64,000 nucleotides of DNA, from positions 589 to 64,588 of IMG/VR virus record IMGVR_UViG_3300036651_002280; one strand, written 5' to 3'. The translations under genes were made by a program, and so were the position numbers. Origin of the DNA: a virus (lineage: Duplodnaviria > Caudoviricetes). The notes under the pieces were generated by a model. It worked only from the letters and a program-made list of their open reading frames with translations. It was not told where the DNA came from and searched no databases. This document shows, one piece after another, positions 1 to 9,004 of this stretch (positions within the stretch are counted from its first letter, which is position 1; every line of letters starts with the position of its first letter).

Positions 1-2
1 CC

Positions 3-584
3 CCGGACTGGTACGGCGACGGCGGCGTCCAGAACGACGTCCCGACGCACGCCTCGAACGTCGCGGTCTCCGGCGGCAACCTGCTGCTGACGCTAGCCAG
101 CTCCAACTCCGGCGCCTCGGTCAACACCGACCCCTCCGACGTCCCCGGCGGCGGCTTCACGCTGCCGGTCGGCGGCTTCGCCGAGGCCCGCATCGACTTC
201 CCCGGCAACGGCACGACCATCGACAACTGGCCCGCCTGGTGGACCGCTGGCACCGACGCCGGACCGGTGTGGCCAGCCGGTGGCGAGACCGACATCGCCG
301 AGGGCCTGGACACGCTGACGGTCAACTACCACGGCACGCAGGGCGCGCAGAACCAGGGCGCCGTCCCCGGCGTCTGGGCCAACGCCTTCCACGTCTACGG
401 CCTGCACCGGCTGGCCGACCACATCGACGTCTTCTGGGACGGCCACCTGGTGGCGTCCTGCCCGACGCACGACAACGGCGAGCCCGAGATCCTGATCCTG
501 AACGTCGGCAAGGGCAACACCGCCGTCTACGGGCCCGGCTCGCAGGTCAAGGTCGACTACGTCCGCGCCTGGAGGCCACTCTGA
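3..584 (+). CDS. Glycoside hydrolase family 16 domain protein (5' truncated by window)
   Basis: Frame open from base 3; NWPAWW..ETDIAE (ExDxxE), FHVYG, VDYVRAW motifs; paralogous to the domain in 30514-32655. Confidence 0.8.
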   Translation, partial: PDWYGDGGVQNDVPTHASNVAVSGGNLLLTLASSNSGASVNTDPSDVPGGGFTLPVGGFAEARIDFPGNGTTIDNWPAWWTAGTDAGPVWPAGGETDIAEGLDTLTVNYHGTQGAQNQGAVPGVWANAFHVYGLHRLADHIDVFWDGHLVASCPTHDNGEPEILILNVGKGNTAVYGPGSQVKVDYVRAWRPL

Positions 585-844
585 TGCGCTGCACCTGCGA
601 CGCCGACGAGTCCCCGCACCACCATGCCTTCGGCGGCACCTTCGCCTGCCAGGGCCACCCGAGCTGCAAGCGCTGCCAGACCGAGGACGAGCTGCTCTGG
701 CGCGACGAGCTGAACCCGACCCCGAAGGCGCGCGTGGTCCGCCCCGCTCGCTCACAGGCCGGTTTCGAGAGCACCCGCCGCCGCTACGGCCACCAGACCG
801 CCGCCATCCTCTACGGCCGCTCCCAGCGGCCCGAGACCGACTGA
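584..844 (+). CDS. Small Cys/His-rich hypothetical protein
   Basis: ATG overlaps upstream TGA; CxC..H..C..CxxC. Confidence 0.6.
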   Translation: MRCTCDADESPHHHAFGGTFACQGHPSCKRCQTEDELLWRDELNPTPKARVVRPARSQAGFESTRRRYGHQTAAILYGRSQRPETD

Positions 845-859
845 TCCAGGGAGATCGCC

Positions 860-1210
860 ATGTCCTACACCCAGGTGAACGCCGTCTCGGCCGACATCGG
901 CGGCGCCACCGTCGTGATGGCCGCACCGACCGGCCCCGGCCCCGGCACCGGCGACGCCGTGCCGGTCGGCAGCTTCCTGCTGGTCGACAACGGGGGCGCC
1001 TCCGCGCTCACCGTGACCCTGAAGGCGGCCCGTACCTACCTCGGGCACACTCTGTCCGACAGCACCGTCACCGTGGCGGCCGGGGCGACGTCGCTGATCG
1101 GCCCCATCCCGTCCGACCCCTTCGGGATCGAGTCCGGCGCCGACCTCGACCGCGTGTACGTCGAGTACTCGGCGGTCGCCAGCGTCACGCGGGCCGTGCT
1201 GGGCGCCTGA
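860..1210 (+). CDS. Hypothetical beta-rich protein, possibly virion-associated
   Basis: GGGAG RBS, good codon bias, directly before terS. Confidence 0.6.
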   Translation: MSYTQVNAVSADIGGATVVMAAPTGPGPGTGDAVPVGSFLLVDNGGASALTVTLKAARTYLGHTLSDSTVTVAAGATSLIGPIPSDPFGIESGADLDRVYVEYSAVASVTRAVLGA

Positions 1211-1211
1211 C

Positions 1212-1697
1212 ATGCCCGGCCCGACCCCGAAGCCCGCTGGCGCGCGCTCGCGCCGGAACCGGACGTCGACGGCGGCCGTGATCAAGCGCGACCCGAGGGT
1301 CCGCGCACCGAGGCTGCCCGCCCATCCGGGCCTGGAGGACGGGCGCGACTGGCACGTCCAGACGCTGGCCTGGTGGAAGGACGTCTGGAAGTCGCCGATG
1401 GCCCCCGAGTTCGACGAGAGCGACCGGCACGGCCTGTTCAGCCTCGCGCTGCTCGTGGACGACTTCTGGTCGACCGGCTCCGCGCGCCTGCGGGCCCAGA
1501 TCGGCGCCGAGATCCGGCTGCAGGGCGTCCGCTTCGGCCTCTCGCCGATCGACCGCCGCCGCCTGCAGTGGGAGATCGAGCGCACCGAGGAAGCCCAGGA
1601 GCGCGGCTCTCGCCGTCGCACCAAGCCCGCGCCGACCCCGGCGCCGAGCGGCGACCCGGTCGCCGATCCCCGCGAAGTGCTCCGGCTGGTGCAGTGA
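1212..1697 (+). CDS. terS: Terminase small subunit
   Basis: PTPKP..RRN N-terminus, WW..VW.SPMA, EIRLQ..FGLSP.DRRRLQWEI; upstream of terL. Confidence 0.8.
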   Translation: MPGPTPKPAGARSRRNRTSTAAVIKRDPRVRAPRLPAHPGLEDGRDWHVQTLAWWKDVWKSPMAPEFDESDRHGLFSLALLVDDFWSTGSARLRAQIGAEIRLQGVRFGLSPIDRRRLQWEIERTEEAQERGSRRRTKPAPTPAPSGDPVADPREVLRLVQ

Positions 1698-1978
1698 GGG
1701 TCGCCGAGATCAGCCGGGCCGAGCGGGCGGTCGCCAACGAGCTGCTGGCCGACGGCGCCGGGAACCGGGAGATCGCCGACCGGCTCGCGCTCAGTGAGGA
1801 CACCGTCAAGAGCCACGTCAAGGAGCTGCTGGCCGCGACCGACTGCGAGACCCGGACCGAGTTCGCCGTCAAGGTGCTCCGCCGCCAGATCCACCTGAGC
1901 GTGGTGCCGCGACCGGGGCGACGCGCGAGGAGGCCATGTGGCGACGCTGTGTGTGCCGAAGCTGGAGCCGCGCGGTAA
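1694..1978 (+). CDS. LuxR-type helix-turn-helix protein
   Basis: GTGA overlap with terS; GAGNREIADRLALSEDTVKSHV is a LuxR/GerE HTH signature. Confidence 0.7.
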   Translation: MRVAEISRAERAVANELLADGAGNREIADRLALSEDTVKSHVKELLAATDCETRTEFAVKVLRRQIHLSVVPRPGRRARRPCGDAVCAEAGAAR

Positions 1979-3656
1979 GGAGTGGCCCTCGCTCGGCCCC
2001 TACGTCGTCGAGTTCCTGACCGGCCACCGGCTGGACGGCACCGAGAGCGACCGCTGGAGCGGCTCGATCTTCGGCCCCGGCTCGCTGAAGGGCCAGCAGT
2101 ACCGGATGGACGCGGAGAAGATCGCCGCGACCCTGCGGGCCTACGAGATCTACCCGCCGGACCACCCGCTGGCCGGTCGCCGCCGGTTCAAGCGCGTCGG
2201 CCTGTCCTGGCGCAAGGGCACGGCGAAGACCGAGTGGGCCGCGCAGATCTGCTACGGCGAGCTGCACGAGGACGGCCCGGTGCGCTTCGCCGGGTGGGAG
2301 ACCACGCTCTCCGGCGACCTGGTGATCGACCCGATCCTCGAAACGCCGGTGCCGAAGTTCCGCCCCGTCAACGACCCCTACATCCCGATGGTCGCCTACA
2401 CCGAGGACCAGGCCGAGGAGCTGGCCTACGGCGCGCTGATGGTGATCGTCGGCGAGGGGCCCGACGCCGACCGCTTCGACGTCGCGCTGGAGCGCATCAT
2501 CCGGCTCAACGACCGCGGCTTCCCGGACGGGAAGGCCGTGGCGCTCTCCGGCTCGCCGAACGCCAACGACGGCGCGCGGACGACGTTCCAGCACTTCGAC
2601 GAGACGCACCGCATGGAGCTTCCGCGGCTGGTCGCGGCGCACGAGACCATGCTCGGCAACATCCCCAAGCGGACCCTGGACGACCCGTGGTCGCTGGAGA
2701 CCACCACGGCCGGTCGGCCGGGCGCCAACAGCGTCGCGGAGGGCACCCACAAGGAAGCCCAGATGATCGCCGACGGCAAGATCGACGATCCCGAGCTGTT
2801 CTACTTCCACCGCGAGGCCAGCGCGCACCACGACCTCTCGAAGCTCGACGGCCGCATCGCCGCGGTCGCCGAGGCCACCGGCCCGGCGGGGGAGTACGGC
2901 CCCGGCCAGTTCCGCGACATCGCCAAGCAGTGGGAACGGCCCAACGCCGACACCAGCTACCTGGAGCGCGTCTGGCTCAACCGCTGGACGCGCTCGGACC
3001 TCAACGCCTACGACGTCGGGGCCTTCAGCAAGCTCGGCAAGCGCCCCAAGCTCACCCGGCGGGCCTTCGTCACCGTCGGCTTCGACGGCGCGCGCTTCAA
3101 GGACGCCACCGGCTTCGTCCTGACCGACATCCAGAGCGGCGTCCAGCAGCCCTACGGCCTGTGGGAGCGGCCGGAGGACGTCGACGACTGGGAAGTGCCC
3201 ATCGACGAGGTCAACGCCGTCTTTGACGAGATCATGGAGCGCTTCGACGTCTGGCAGGTCTACGGCGACCCGCCGCACTACGTCGAGACGATGGCGACCT
3301 GGGCCAGCAAGCACCCCGACCACGTCACCGAGTGGTGGACGAACCGGCGCCGCCCCATGCACGAGGCGGCGAAGGCGTACCAGGAGGCCATCAACACCGG
3401 CGTCCTCGGCCACACCGACGACCCTGACGACCCGGACAACCGCAACCTGATCCGGCACGTCGGCAACGCCGGGCGCTACGACACCAACCTGCTCGACGAG
3501 CAGGGCAAGAAGATCTGGATCCTGACCAAGATCCAGCCGCACCTGAAGTTCGACCTGTGCATGGCCGCCGTGCTGTCCTGGCGGGCCCGGCTCGACGCGC
3601 TCGCCAAGGGCGCCAAGCCCAGCGGCGCCGAGTTCGTCCCCTACCGCATCCGCTGA
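1938..3656 (+). CDS. terL: Terminase large subunit
   Basis: Walker A-like RKGTAKT, Walker B FDETH, TTTAG coupling motif, nuclease GFDG..D and FDLCMA. Confidence 0.92.
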   Translation: MATLCVPKLEPRGKEWPSLGPYVVEFLTGHRLDGTESDRWSGSIFGPGSLKGQQYRMDAEKIAATLRAYEIYPPDHPLAGRRRFKRVGLSWRKGTAKTEWAAQICYGELHEDGPVRFAGWETTLSGDLVIDPILETPVPKFRPVNDPYIPMVAYTEDQAEELAYGALMVIVGEGPDADRFDVALERIIRLNDRGFPDGKAVALSGSPNANDGARTTFQHFDETHRMELPRLVAAHETMLGNIPKRTLDDPWSLETTTAGRPGANSVAEGTHKEAQMIADGKIDDPELFYFHREASAHHDLSKLDGRIAAVAEATGPAGEYGPGQFRDIAKQWERPNADTSYLERVWLNRWTRSDLNAYDVGAFSKLGKRPKLTRRAFVTVGFDGARFKDATGFVLTDIQSGVQQPYGLWERPEDVDDWEVPIDEVNAVFDEIMERFDVWQVYGDPPHYVETMATWASKHPDHVTEWWTNRRRPMHEAAKAYQEAINTGVLGHTDDPDDPDNRNLIRHVGNAGRYDTNLLDEQGKKIWILTKIQPHLKFDLCMAAVLSWRARLDALAKGAKPSGAEFVPYRIR

Positions 3657-3673
3657 CCGGGGGAGGGGCGCCG

Positions 3674-3892
3674 GTGCACTGGCTGAGTCGCCTCCTCGGC
3701 ATGGACAACCCGAGCGGCCCCGTGTACCTCGCCTGGTCCGGCTGGGTCGGCGACCTGCCGCTGTTCGGCGCTCTCTGGGTCCTCTACCACCGGCACAACT
3801 GCCACGCGCGCCGGTGCCCGCGGATCGCCAAGCACAGCGTCGACGGCACCCCGTACTGCACCCGCCATCACCCGAAGGGGGACCGTCTGTGA
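3674..3892 (+). CDS. Small membrane protein with C-terminal C/H motif
   Basis: GGAGG RBS; hydrophobic segment then HNCH..RC..YC.RHHP. Confidence 0.6.
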   Translation: MHWLSRLLGMDNPSGPVYLAWSGWVGDLPLFGALWVLYHRHNCHARRCPRIAKHSVDGTPYCTRHHPKGDRL

Positions 3893-5583
3893 CCAGCCCC
3901 TCGGATTCCGGCAGCAGCGAGGGCGTCGTCGTTCCCGGCGGCTCCGGGAAGCCCACCGGAATGGAGGCCGAGGTCGAGGTCCCCGACAGCGACGCCTGGT
4001 GGCTGAAGCGGCTGTACGAGCTGCTGACCCAGCAGCGCGTGTACTGCCAGGCGATGCTCGACCGCTTCTACGGCGAGGCCCCGCTGCCCTACGTCAGCGA
4101 CATCCAGCGCGACGCGGTGAAGTGGTTCGTCGGGCAGTCCCGGACCAACTTCGAGCGGCTGATCGTCAACAGCGTGCTCTCCCGGCTGCGGATCAAGGGC
4201 ATCCGCACCGCGGTCGGCGTCGGCGACGAGGGTGACGCCGATGCCTGGAAGATCTGGAAGAACAGCCGCGGCAAGATCTGGGCCCACGAGGCGATGAAGC
4301 TCGCGCTGGCCGCCTCGCGCGCCTACGTGATCGTCGGCAAGGACGCCGACGGCAACCTCCTGGTCACCGCCGAGGACCCGCGGATGGTCTGCGCCATCAC
4401 CGACCCGGAGAACCCCTACCGGGTGCTGGCCGGGATGAAGGTCTACTTCGACTACGTCGACGGCACCGAGAAGACGTTCCTGTACCGGCCCGGCAAGGCC
4501 CCCCGCGTCGCCGTCCGGCGCTCCGGCCAGCCGCCGGTCACCGAGACCTGGTTCCAGCCGCGCGCCTACGAGTGGATCGACGCCAGCCTGGTCGCGCCGG
4601 AGTTCGACGAGAACAGCTACGTCGTCGACACCACCGGCGGCGCCAACTGGCTGGCCGCCCACGACGGCCTCCCGGCGCTGTGCCCGATCGTGCCGCTGGT
4701 CAACGAGGACGGCCTGAGCGAGTTCGAGCCCTTCCTGCCGCTGATCGACCGGATCAACCAGCAGATCCTGCAGCGGATGACGATCGCCACCATCCAGGCG
4801 TTCAAGCAGCGCGCCTTCAAGGGCCTGCCGCAGAAGGACCCGCAGACCGGGAAGGACATCGACTACGACTCGATCTTCGTCGCCGACCCCGGAGCCATCT
4901 GGAACATCCCCGCGTCTGCCGAGATCTGGGAGTCCGGCCAGGTCGACCTCCAGCCGATCCTGCTGGCCATCCGGGACGACGTCAAAGACCTGGCTGCAGT
5001 CTCTGGCACGCCGCTCTACTCGATCTCGCCGGACGTGGCGAACGGCAGCGCGGAAGGTGCCTCACTCCAGCGCGAGCAGATGAGCTTCAAGGTCGAGACC
5101 CGGATGGACAGCTTCGGCATCTCCCTGGAGATGGTCAACGAGCTGATCTTCCGCACCCTCGGCGACACGTCCCGCTCGACGCCGGGCAGCACCGAGATCA
5201 TCTGGGCCCAGCCGGACCGGCCGAGCATGGCCGAGCGCGCCTCGGCCATCGCGCAGACCAGCGGCGTCATCCCCCGCTACCGGCAGCTGACCGACATCTG
5301 GGGCTACTCACCCAGCGAGGCCGACCGCGCGATGAACGAGCTGCGCCAGGACTTCCTGATGGACCTGCAGTTCGCTGCGGCGGCCACGCCGCAGCCGCCG
5401 CAGGCCCCCGGCCACGGCGGTGGGCAGCTCGGCCCGCAGCAGCAGGCGGCCAAGGCCACCGCGCAGTCTCAGCCGAAGATGGTCGGCTCCGAGGGCGCGC
5501 GGCCGCAGATCCAGGGCAACCGCAAGCCCCCGCAGGCCGCCCGGACCTCGCAGAAGCCGAAGTCCCCCGGTGTCGGTTCGTAA
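3889..5583 (+). CDS. Portal protein (SPP1 gp6-like)
   Basis: Follows terL; RTNF..LIV, SEFEP...LIDRIN, QAF.QR, ADPGAIW, NGSAEGA motifs. Confidence 0.9.
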   Translation: MTSPSDSGSSEGVVVPGGSGKPTGMEAEVEVPDSDAWWLKRLYELLTQQRVYCQAMLDRFYGEAPLPYVSDIQRDAVKWFVGQSRTNFERLIVNSVLSRLRIKGIRTAVGVGDEGDADAWKIWKNSRGKIWAHEAMKLALAASRAYVIVGKDADGNLLVTAEDPRMVCAITDPENPYRVLAGMKVYFDYVDGTEKTFLYRPGKAPRVAVRRSGQPPVTETWFQPRAYEWIDASLVAPEFDENSYVVDTTGGANWLAAHDGLPALCPIVPLVNEDGLSEFEPFLPLIDRINQQILQRMTIATIQAFKQRAFKGLPQKDPQTGKDIDYDSIFVADPGAIWNIPASAEIWESGQVDLQPILLAIRDDVKDLAAVSGTPLYSISPDVANGSAEGASLQREQMSFKVETRMDSFGISLEMVNELIFRTLGDTSRSTPGSTEIIWAQPDRPSMAERASAIAQTSGVIPRYRQLTDIWGYSPSEADRAMNELRQDFLMDLQFAAAATPQPPQAPGHGGGQLGPQQQAAKATAQSQPKMVGSEGARPQIQGNRKPPQAARTSQKPKSPGVGS

Positions 5584-6880
5584 GGCACACCTCGCCCGCC
5601 AGGCCGCCGTCTACGCGGCCGGGCTGCCCACCTTCCTGCGGCGCAACCCGACCTTCGGCAAGCTCGCCGCGAACATCGGCGCCATCCCCCAGGGGTTCGG
5701 CTACGGCGGCCTGGAGGCGGCCCTGGCCATCGCCAGCGGCCAGCAGCAGCAGCAGCAGTCACTGGTCGCCATGGCGGGCGTGCCCAGCAACCTCACCGAG
5801 CTGGTCGCGCTGCTGGAGATCCAGTCGCAGCTGCAGCAGCAGTCGGTCACCCAGGCGCAGGTGATCACCGTCCAGGCGGTCTACCAGTTCCAGAGTTGGT
5901 ATGACAGCGAGCTGATCCAGAACTGGGCGCAGCAGCTGGCCCCGAAGGTCGACGCGCTCGCCCACGCCATCGCCTCGCAGACCGACGCCTACATCGCCTC
6001 CATGGTCAACTGGGCCAACGACCTGAAGACCAAGCCCGGCGAGTTTCACAACAGGTACATGCGGACCGAGGGCACCGTGGAGACCGGCGACAAGCTCCGC
6101 GAGGGCAACACCACCCACGCCGGGGTCTACGGCCGCATCGCCGACGTCTACCGCTGGCAGCAGCACCGCCACGACCAGCACGCGATCAAGATCGCCACCG
6201 ATCCGAACCCCGCGCCCCCGGCCCTGCAGAGCCCGCTGGACGCCGCGCTGGCCCGCGCGCACGACATCGCCAGCACCGACATCCAGCTGGCCGTCCGCAA
6301 GCAGGCCATGCACAGCCTGCGCGGCGCGGAGCGGCGGGGCCTGATCATCGGCTACCGCCGGGTGTTGCACCCCGAGTTCGACCGCACCGGCGTCTGCGGG
6401 CTGTGTGTGGCCGCGTCGACCAAGATCTACAAGACCAGCCACCTGATGCCGCTACACCAGGACTGCCACTGCACGCCGTTCCCGGTCGTCGAGGGTCACG
6501 ACCCCGGCGCGTTGATCAACGACCACGACCTGACCCAGCTCTACGACCTGGCGGGCGGCACCGATCGCGCCGGGCTGGAGCGCACCCACTTCTCGATCGT
6601 CCAGCACGGGGAGAACGGCCCGTGGCTGATCCCCACCGGCGCCGCGCACCGCACGCCGGGCATGGTCAAGAAGGCCACGGCGCCGCGGCCGCGCAGCGCC
6701 GACAGCGAGGCCCGCAAGCGCCGCCAGCTCACCACGCTGCGCGACAGCTTGGCGCGCTCGCTGCAGCGCGTCGACGACCAGCTGAAGCCCGACGCTCCCG
6801 ACAAGTGGACCGAGTACCGCGAGACGCTGGCCGACCGCATCGCCAGCCTGGACCGCCAGCTGAAGGGAGGGTCGCTGTGA
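5570..6880 (+). CDS. MuF-like minor head / capsid maturation protein
   Basis: After portal; GYRRVLHPE..CGLC..AS...PLH..CHC MuF-type motif; no C-terminal toxin domain. Confidence 0.75.
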   Translation: MSVRKAHLARQAAVYAAGLPTFLRRNPTFGKLAANIGAIPQGFGYGGLEAALAIASGQQQQQQSLVAMAGVPSNLTELVALLEIQSQLQQQSVTQAQVITVQAVYQFQSWYDSELIQNWAQQLAPKVDALAHAIASQTDAYIASMVNWANDLKTKPGEFHNRYMRTEGTVETGDKLREGNTTHAGVYGRIADVYRWQQHRHDQHAIKIATDPNPAPPALQSPLDAALARAHDIASTDIQLAVRKQAMHSLRGAERRGLIIGYRRVLHPEFDRTGVCGLCVAASTKIYKTSHLMPLHQDCHCTPFPVVEGHDPGALINDHDLTQLYDLAGGTDRAGLERTHFSIVQHGENGPWLIPTGAAHRTPGMVKKATAPRPRSADSEARKRRQLTTLRDSLARSLQRVDDQLKPDAPDKWTEYRETLADRIASLDRQLKGGSL

Positions 6881-7164
6881 CTGCCCCCGGCAACTTCACC
6901 TCGATCACCTCCCGCGGCGACGCGCAGGCGCTGATGCCCGAGCAGGTCTCCAACGCCGCGCGCACCGCCGAGTCCCGTCGCTCGGCTGCTGGCCGCGCCA
7001 CGGTCGGCCCCGACGGCAAGGTGCACGTCGACGGCAAGCACGTCGGCAAGGTCTTCAAGAGCGGCCGCGCCTGGCGGGCCCGGACCAAGTCCGGCCAGCT
7101 GCCGGGGATGCACGGAACGAAGCAGGAGGCGGTCGGCGCGCTGGTCCTGCAGCACGGGGCCTGA
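6877..7164 (+). CDS. Small basic protein bearing a copy of the major capsid N-terminal segment
   Basis: GTGA overlap and GGAGG RBS; SRGDAQALMPEQVSN vs capsid SRGDAQALMPEEVSN. Confidence 0.7.
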   Translation: MTAPGNFTSITSRGDAQALMPEQVSNAARTAESRRSAAGRATVGPDGKVHVDGKHVGKVFKSGRAWRARTKSGQLPGMHGTKQEAVGALVLQHGA

Positions 7165-7167
7165 CCG

Positions 7168-7908
7168 GTGGCCAAGCCGCCGGTCGTGCATCACTGGAAG
7201 CACGGCTGGATCCCTCTGGATGCCACCGCCATGGCCGAGAAGCGCCGCGGGCGGAGCGTCGCCGGAGCGGTCACCCTGGAGCACCCGAAGGCCAGTCTGC
7301 CCGGACCCCCGCCGAAGCACACCCCCCTGAACGAGCTGCCGCGCATCCAGGGCGCCCACTCGCTGCGCGAGGACGTCGTGCGGAGCAACCCCAGCTTCAA
7401 CCAGGGCGACGAGTTCAAGGTCAACTGCGTGCACTGCGTGAACACCTGGGAACTGCGCCGCCGCGGCTACGACGTCGTCGCCACGCCCCTCCCGGCCGAC
7501 CTGTTCCGGCAGAACGGACGTAGCGCCCAGGATGCGCTGAACACCTCCTGGCGCACCCCGTCCGGCGAACGCCGTCGGTTCACCGACAGCAGCAGGGTGG
7601 GCGTCTACAACCAGATCGCGGCCTGGCCGGACGGCGCCCGCGGCTGGGTCAGCGTGAACTGGAAGGCGGGCGGCGCCCACATCTTCGGCGTCGAGCGTCA
7701 CGGCGGCCAGACCACCTTCGTCGACCCCCAGCGCGGCAAGGTCAACGTCGACGAGTACTTCGATCGCGCGACCCCGATCATCAGGCTGGTCCGCACCGAC
7801 GACCTGACCCCCGAGAACCGCGTCACCCAGTTCTCCGCCGAGGCCACCCCGGAGCAGCGTCTCATCGCCGCGCGCAACGCCTCCAGCTCCAGTTTCAAGG
7901 GATACTGA
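7168..7908 (+). CDS. HWKHGWIPLD-tagged papain-fold toxin (Tox-PL, deamidase-like)
   Basis: NCVHC..ELRRRGYDV, AHIF, FVDPQ give a Cys-His-Asp triad. Confidence 0.8.
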   Translation: MAKPPVVHHWKHGWIPLDATAMAEKRRGRSVAGAVTLEHPKASLPGPPPKHTPLNELPRIQGAHSLREDVVRSNPSFNQGDEFKVNCVHCVNTWELRRRGYDVVATPLPADLFRQNGRSAQDALNTSWRTPSGERRRFTDSSRVGVYNQIAAWPDGARGWVSVNWKAGGAHIFGVERHGGQTTFVDPQRGKVNVDEYFDRATPIIRLVRTDDLTPENRVTQFSAEATPEQRLIAARNASSSSFKGY

Positions 7909-7910
7909 GC

Positions 7911-8198
7911 GTGATGACGGTCACCTTCGACGACGCCCGGCGCCGGGTGCAGATCCACCTGGCCGCGAAGTGGAGCGACCAGCTCGGCACCCTGACCACA
8001 CTGCCCGAGGGCTTCGAGGACGCCACCCACTGGCGCGTGGTCGCCGGTGCCCGCGAGGCGCTGGTCGACGGCGACGACGACTACCAGCTGATGGACGCCC
8101 CGGCGCTGCTGGTCGACAAGCGCACCGGCGCGGTCACCGAGGTGTCGGTGCTCGACCACCTCGACCAGCTCGACCGGATGCGGCCGACCGTCAGCTGA
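7911..8198 (+). CDS. Putative immunity protein (Imm35/YrhB-like)
   Basis: Directly after toxin; T.D.A.., E...HW.V, P.LLVDKRTG.V pattern. Confidence 0.65.
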   Translation: MMTVTFDDARRRVQIHLAAKWSDQLGTLTTLPEGFEDATHWRVVAGAREALVDGDDDYQLMDAPALLVDKRTGAVTEVSVLDHLDQLDRMRPTVS

Positions 8199-8259
8199 TC
8201 GTCAGGCGAGGTTGACCCGAGCCGACGTCTGCCCAGTGATGACCGATTCTCTCGGTCAA

Positions 8260-8286
8260 GGAATGATGACGTCGGACACTCGGTTG
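8260..8286 (+). promoter_or_regulatory. SigR/SigH-type ECF promoter
   Basis: GGAAT-N18-GTTG in an intergenic gap; 21 bp identical to the leftward promoter at 40740-40760. Confidence 0.6.
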
Positions 8287-8300
8287 AAGGTGGTGTGACC

Positions 8301-8843
8301 ATGACCACCCGCCACCACTACCACTGGAAGCACGGCTGGATCCCGCTCGACCACGCCGCTGCGATGAAGAAGGCCCACGGCGACAAGACCGCCGCGGCCA
8401 AGGCGCTCGCCCAGGCGAACGCCTCCGACCCCAAGACCGCCGACAAGCTGATCCACTCGATCAAGGCCAACGGCGGCTTCACCTACGACCCGACCAAGGG
8501 CCGACTGCTGCAGGTCGGCAAGGACAAGGGCTTCGCCGTCGCGGTGCCCGGCACTGAGCAGCTGGTCGGCAACGGCGAGGTCTCCCGCGAGGACTTCGCC
8601 AAGGGCGTCGCCCAGGTCGTCAAGCAGCACGCCGACAAGCTGGCCAACGGCCACGTCCTGGGCGGCTGGTACTCCGAGGACCGCAACGCCTACATGGTCG
8701 AGCTGACCCAGATCATGCCCGCCCATGACCGGGCCGGGGCCATCGCCGAGGGCATGCGGCGCAACCAGGAAGGCATCTTCGACCTCTCGACCGGGGACTA
8801 CATTCCCACCGGAGGTACCGGAGATGCCCTCAACACCCCATGA
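8301..8843 (+). CDS. HWKHGWIPLD-tagged protein of unknown function
   Basis: Tag at N-terminus; C-terminal domain GGFT..GFAV..GGWY..E..QEGIFDL..TGGTG. Confidence 0.8.
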   Translation: MTTRHHYHWKHGWIPLDHAAAMKKAHGDKTAAAKALAQANASDPKTADKLIHSIKANGGFTYDPTKGRLLQVGKDKGFAVAVPGTEQLVGNGEVSREDFAKGVAQVVKQHADKLANGHVLGGWYSEDRNAYMVELTQIMPAHDRAGAIAEGMRRNQEGIFDLSTGDYIPTGGTGDALNTP

Positions 8844-9000
8844 CCCGCCCCGCAAGCACTACGTCCGCCCCGCCAAGGGGCAGAAGCCGGACGACCAGGA
8901 AGCCCTCTCGATGGGCTACGCCCTGTTCGACCACATCGCCAGCGAGCAGGCCAAGGCCGCTCGACAGGGCGAGGGAGACGGAGACCAGCCGGGGAGGTAG
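8824..9000 (+). CDS. Small partner protein (58 aa), possible inhibitor/immunity
   Basis: GGAGG RBS, overlaps 3' end of tagged gene. Confidence 0.5.
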   Translation: MPSTPHDPPRKHYVRPAKGQKPDDQEALSMGYALFDHIASEQAKAARQGEGDGDQPGR

Positions 9001-9004
9001 CTCC

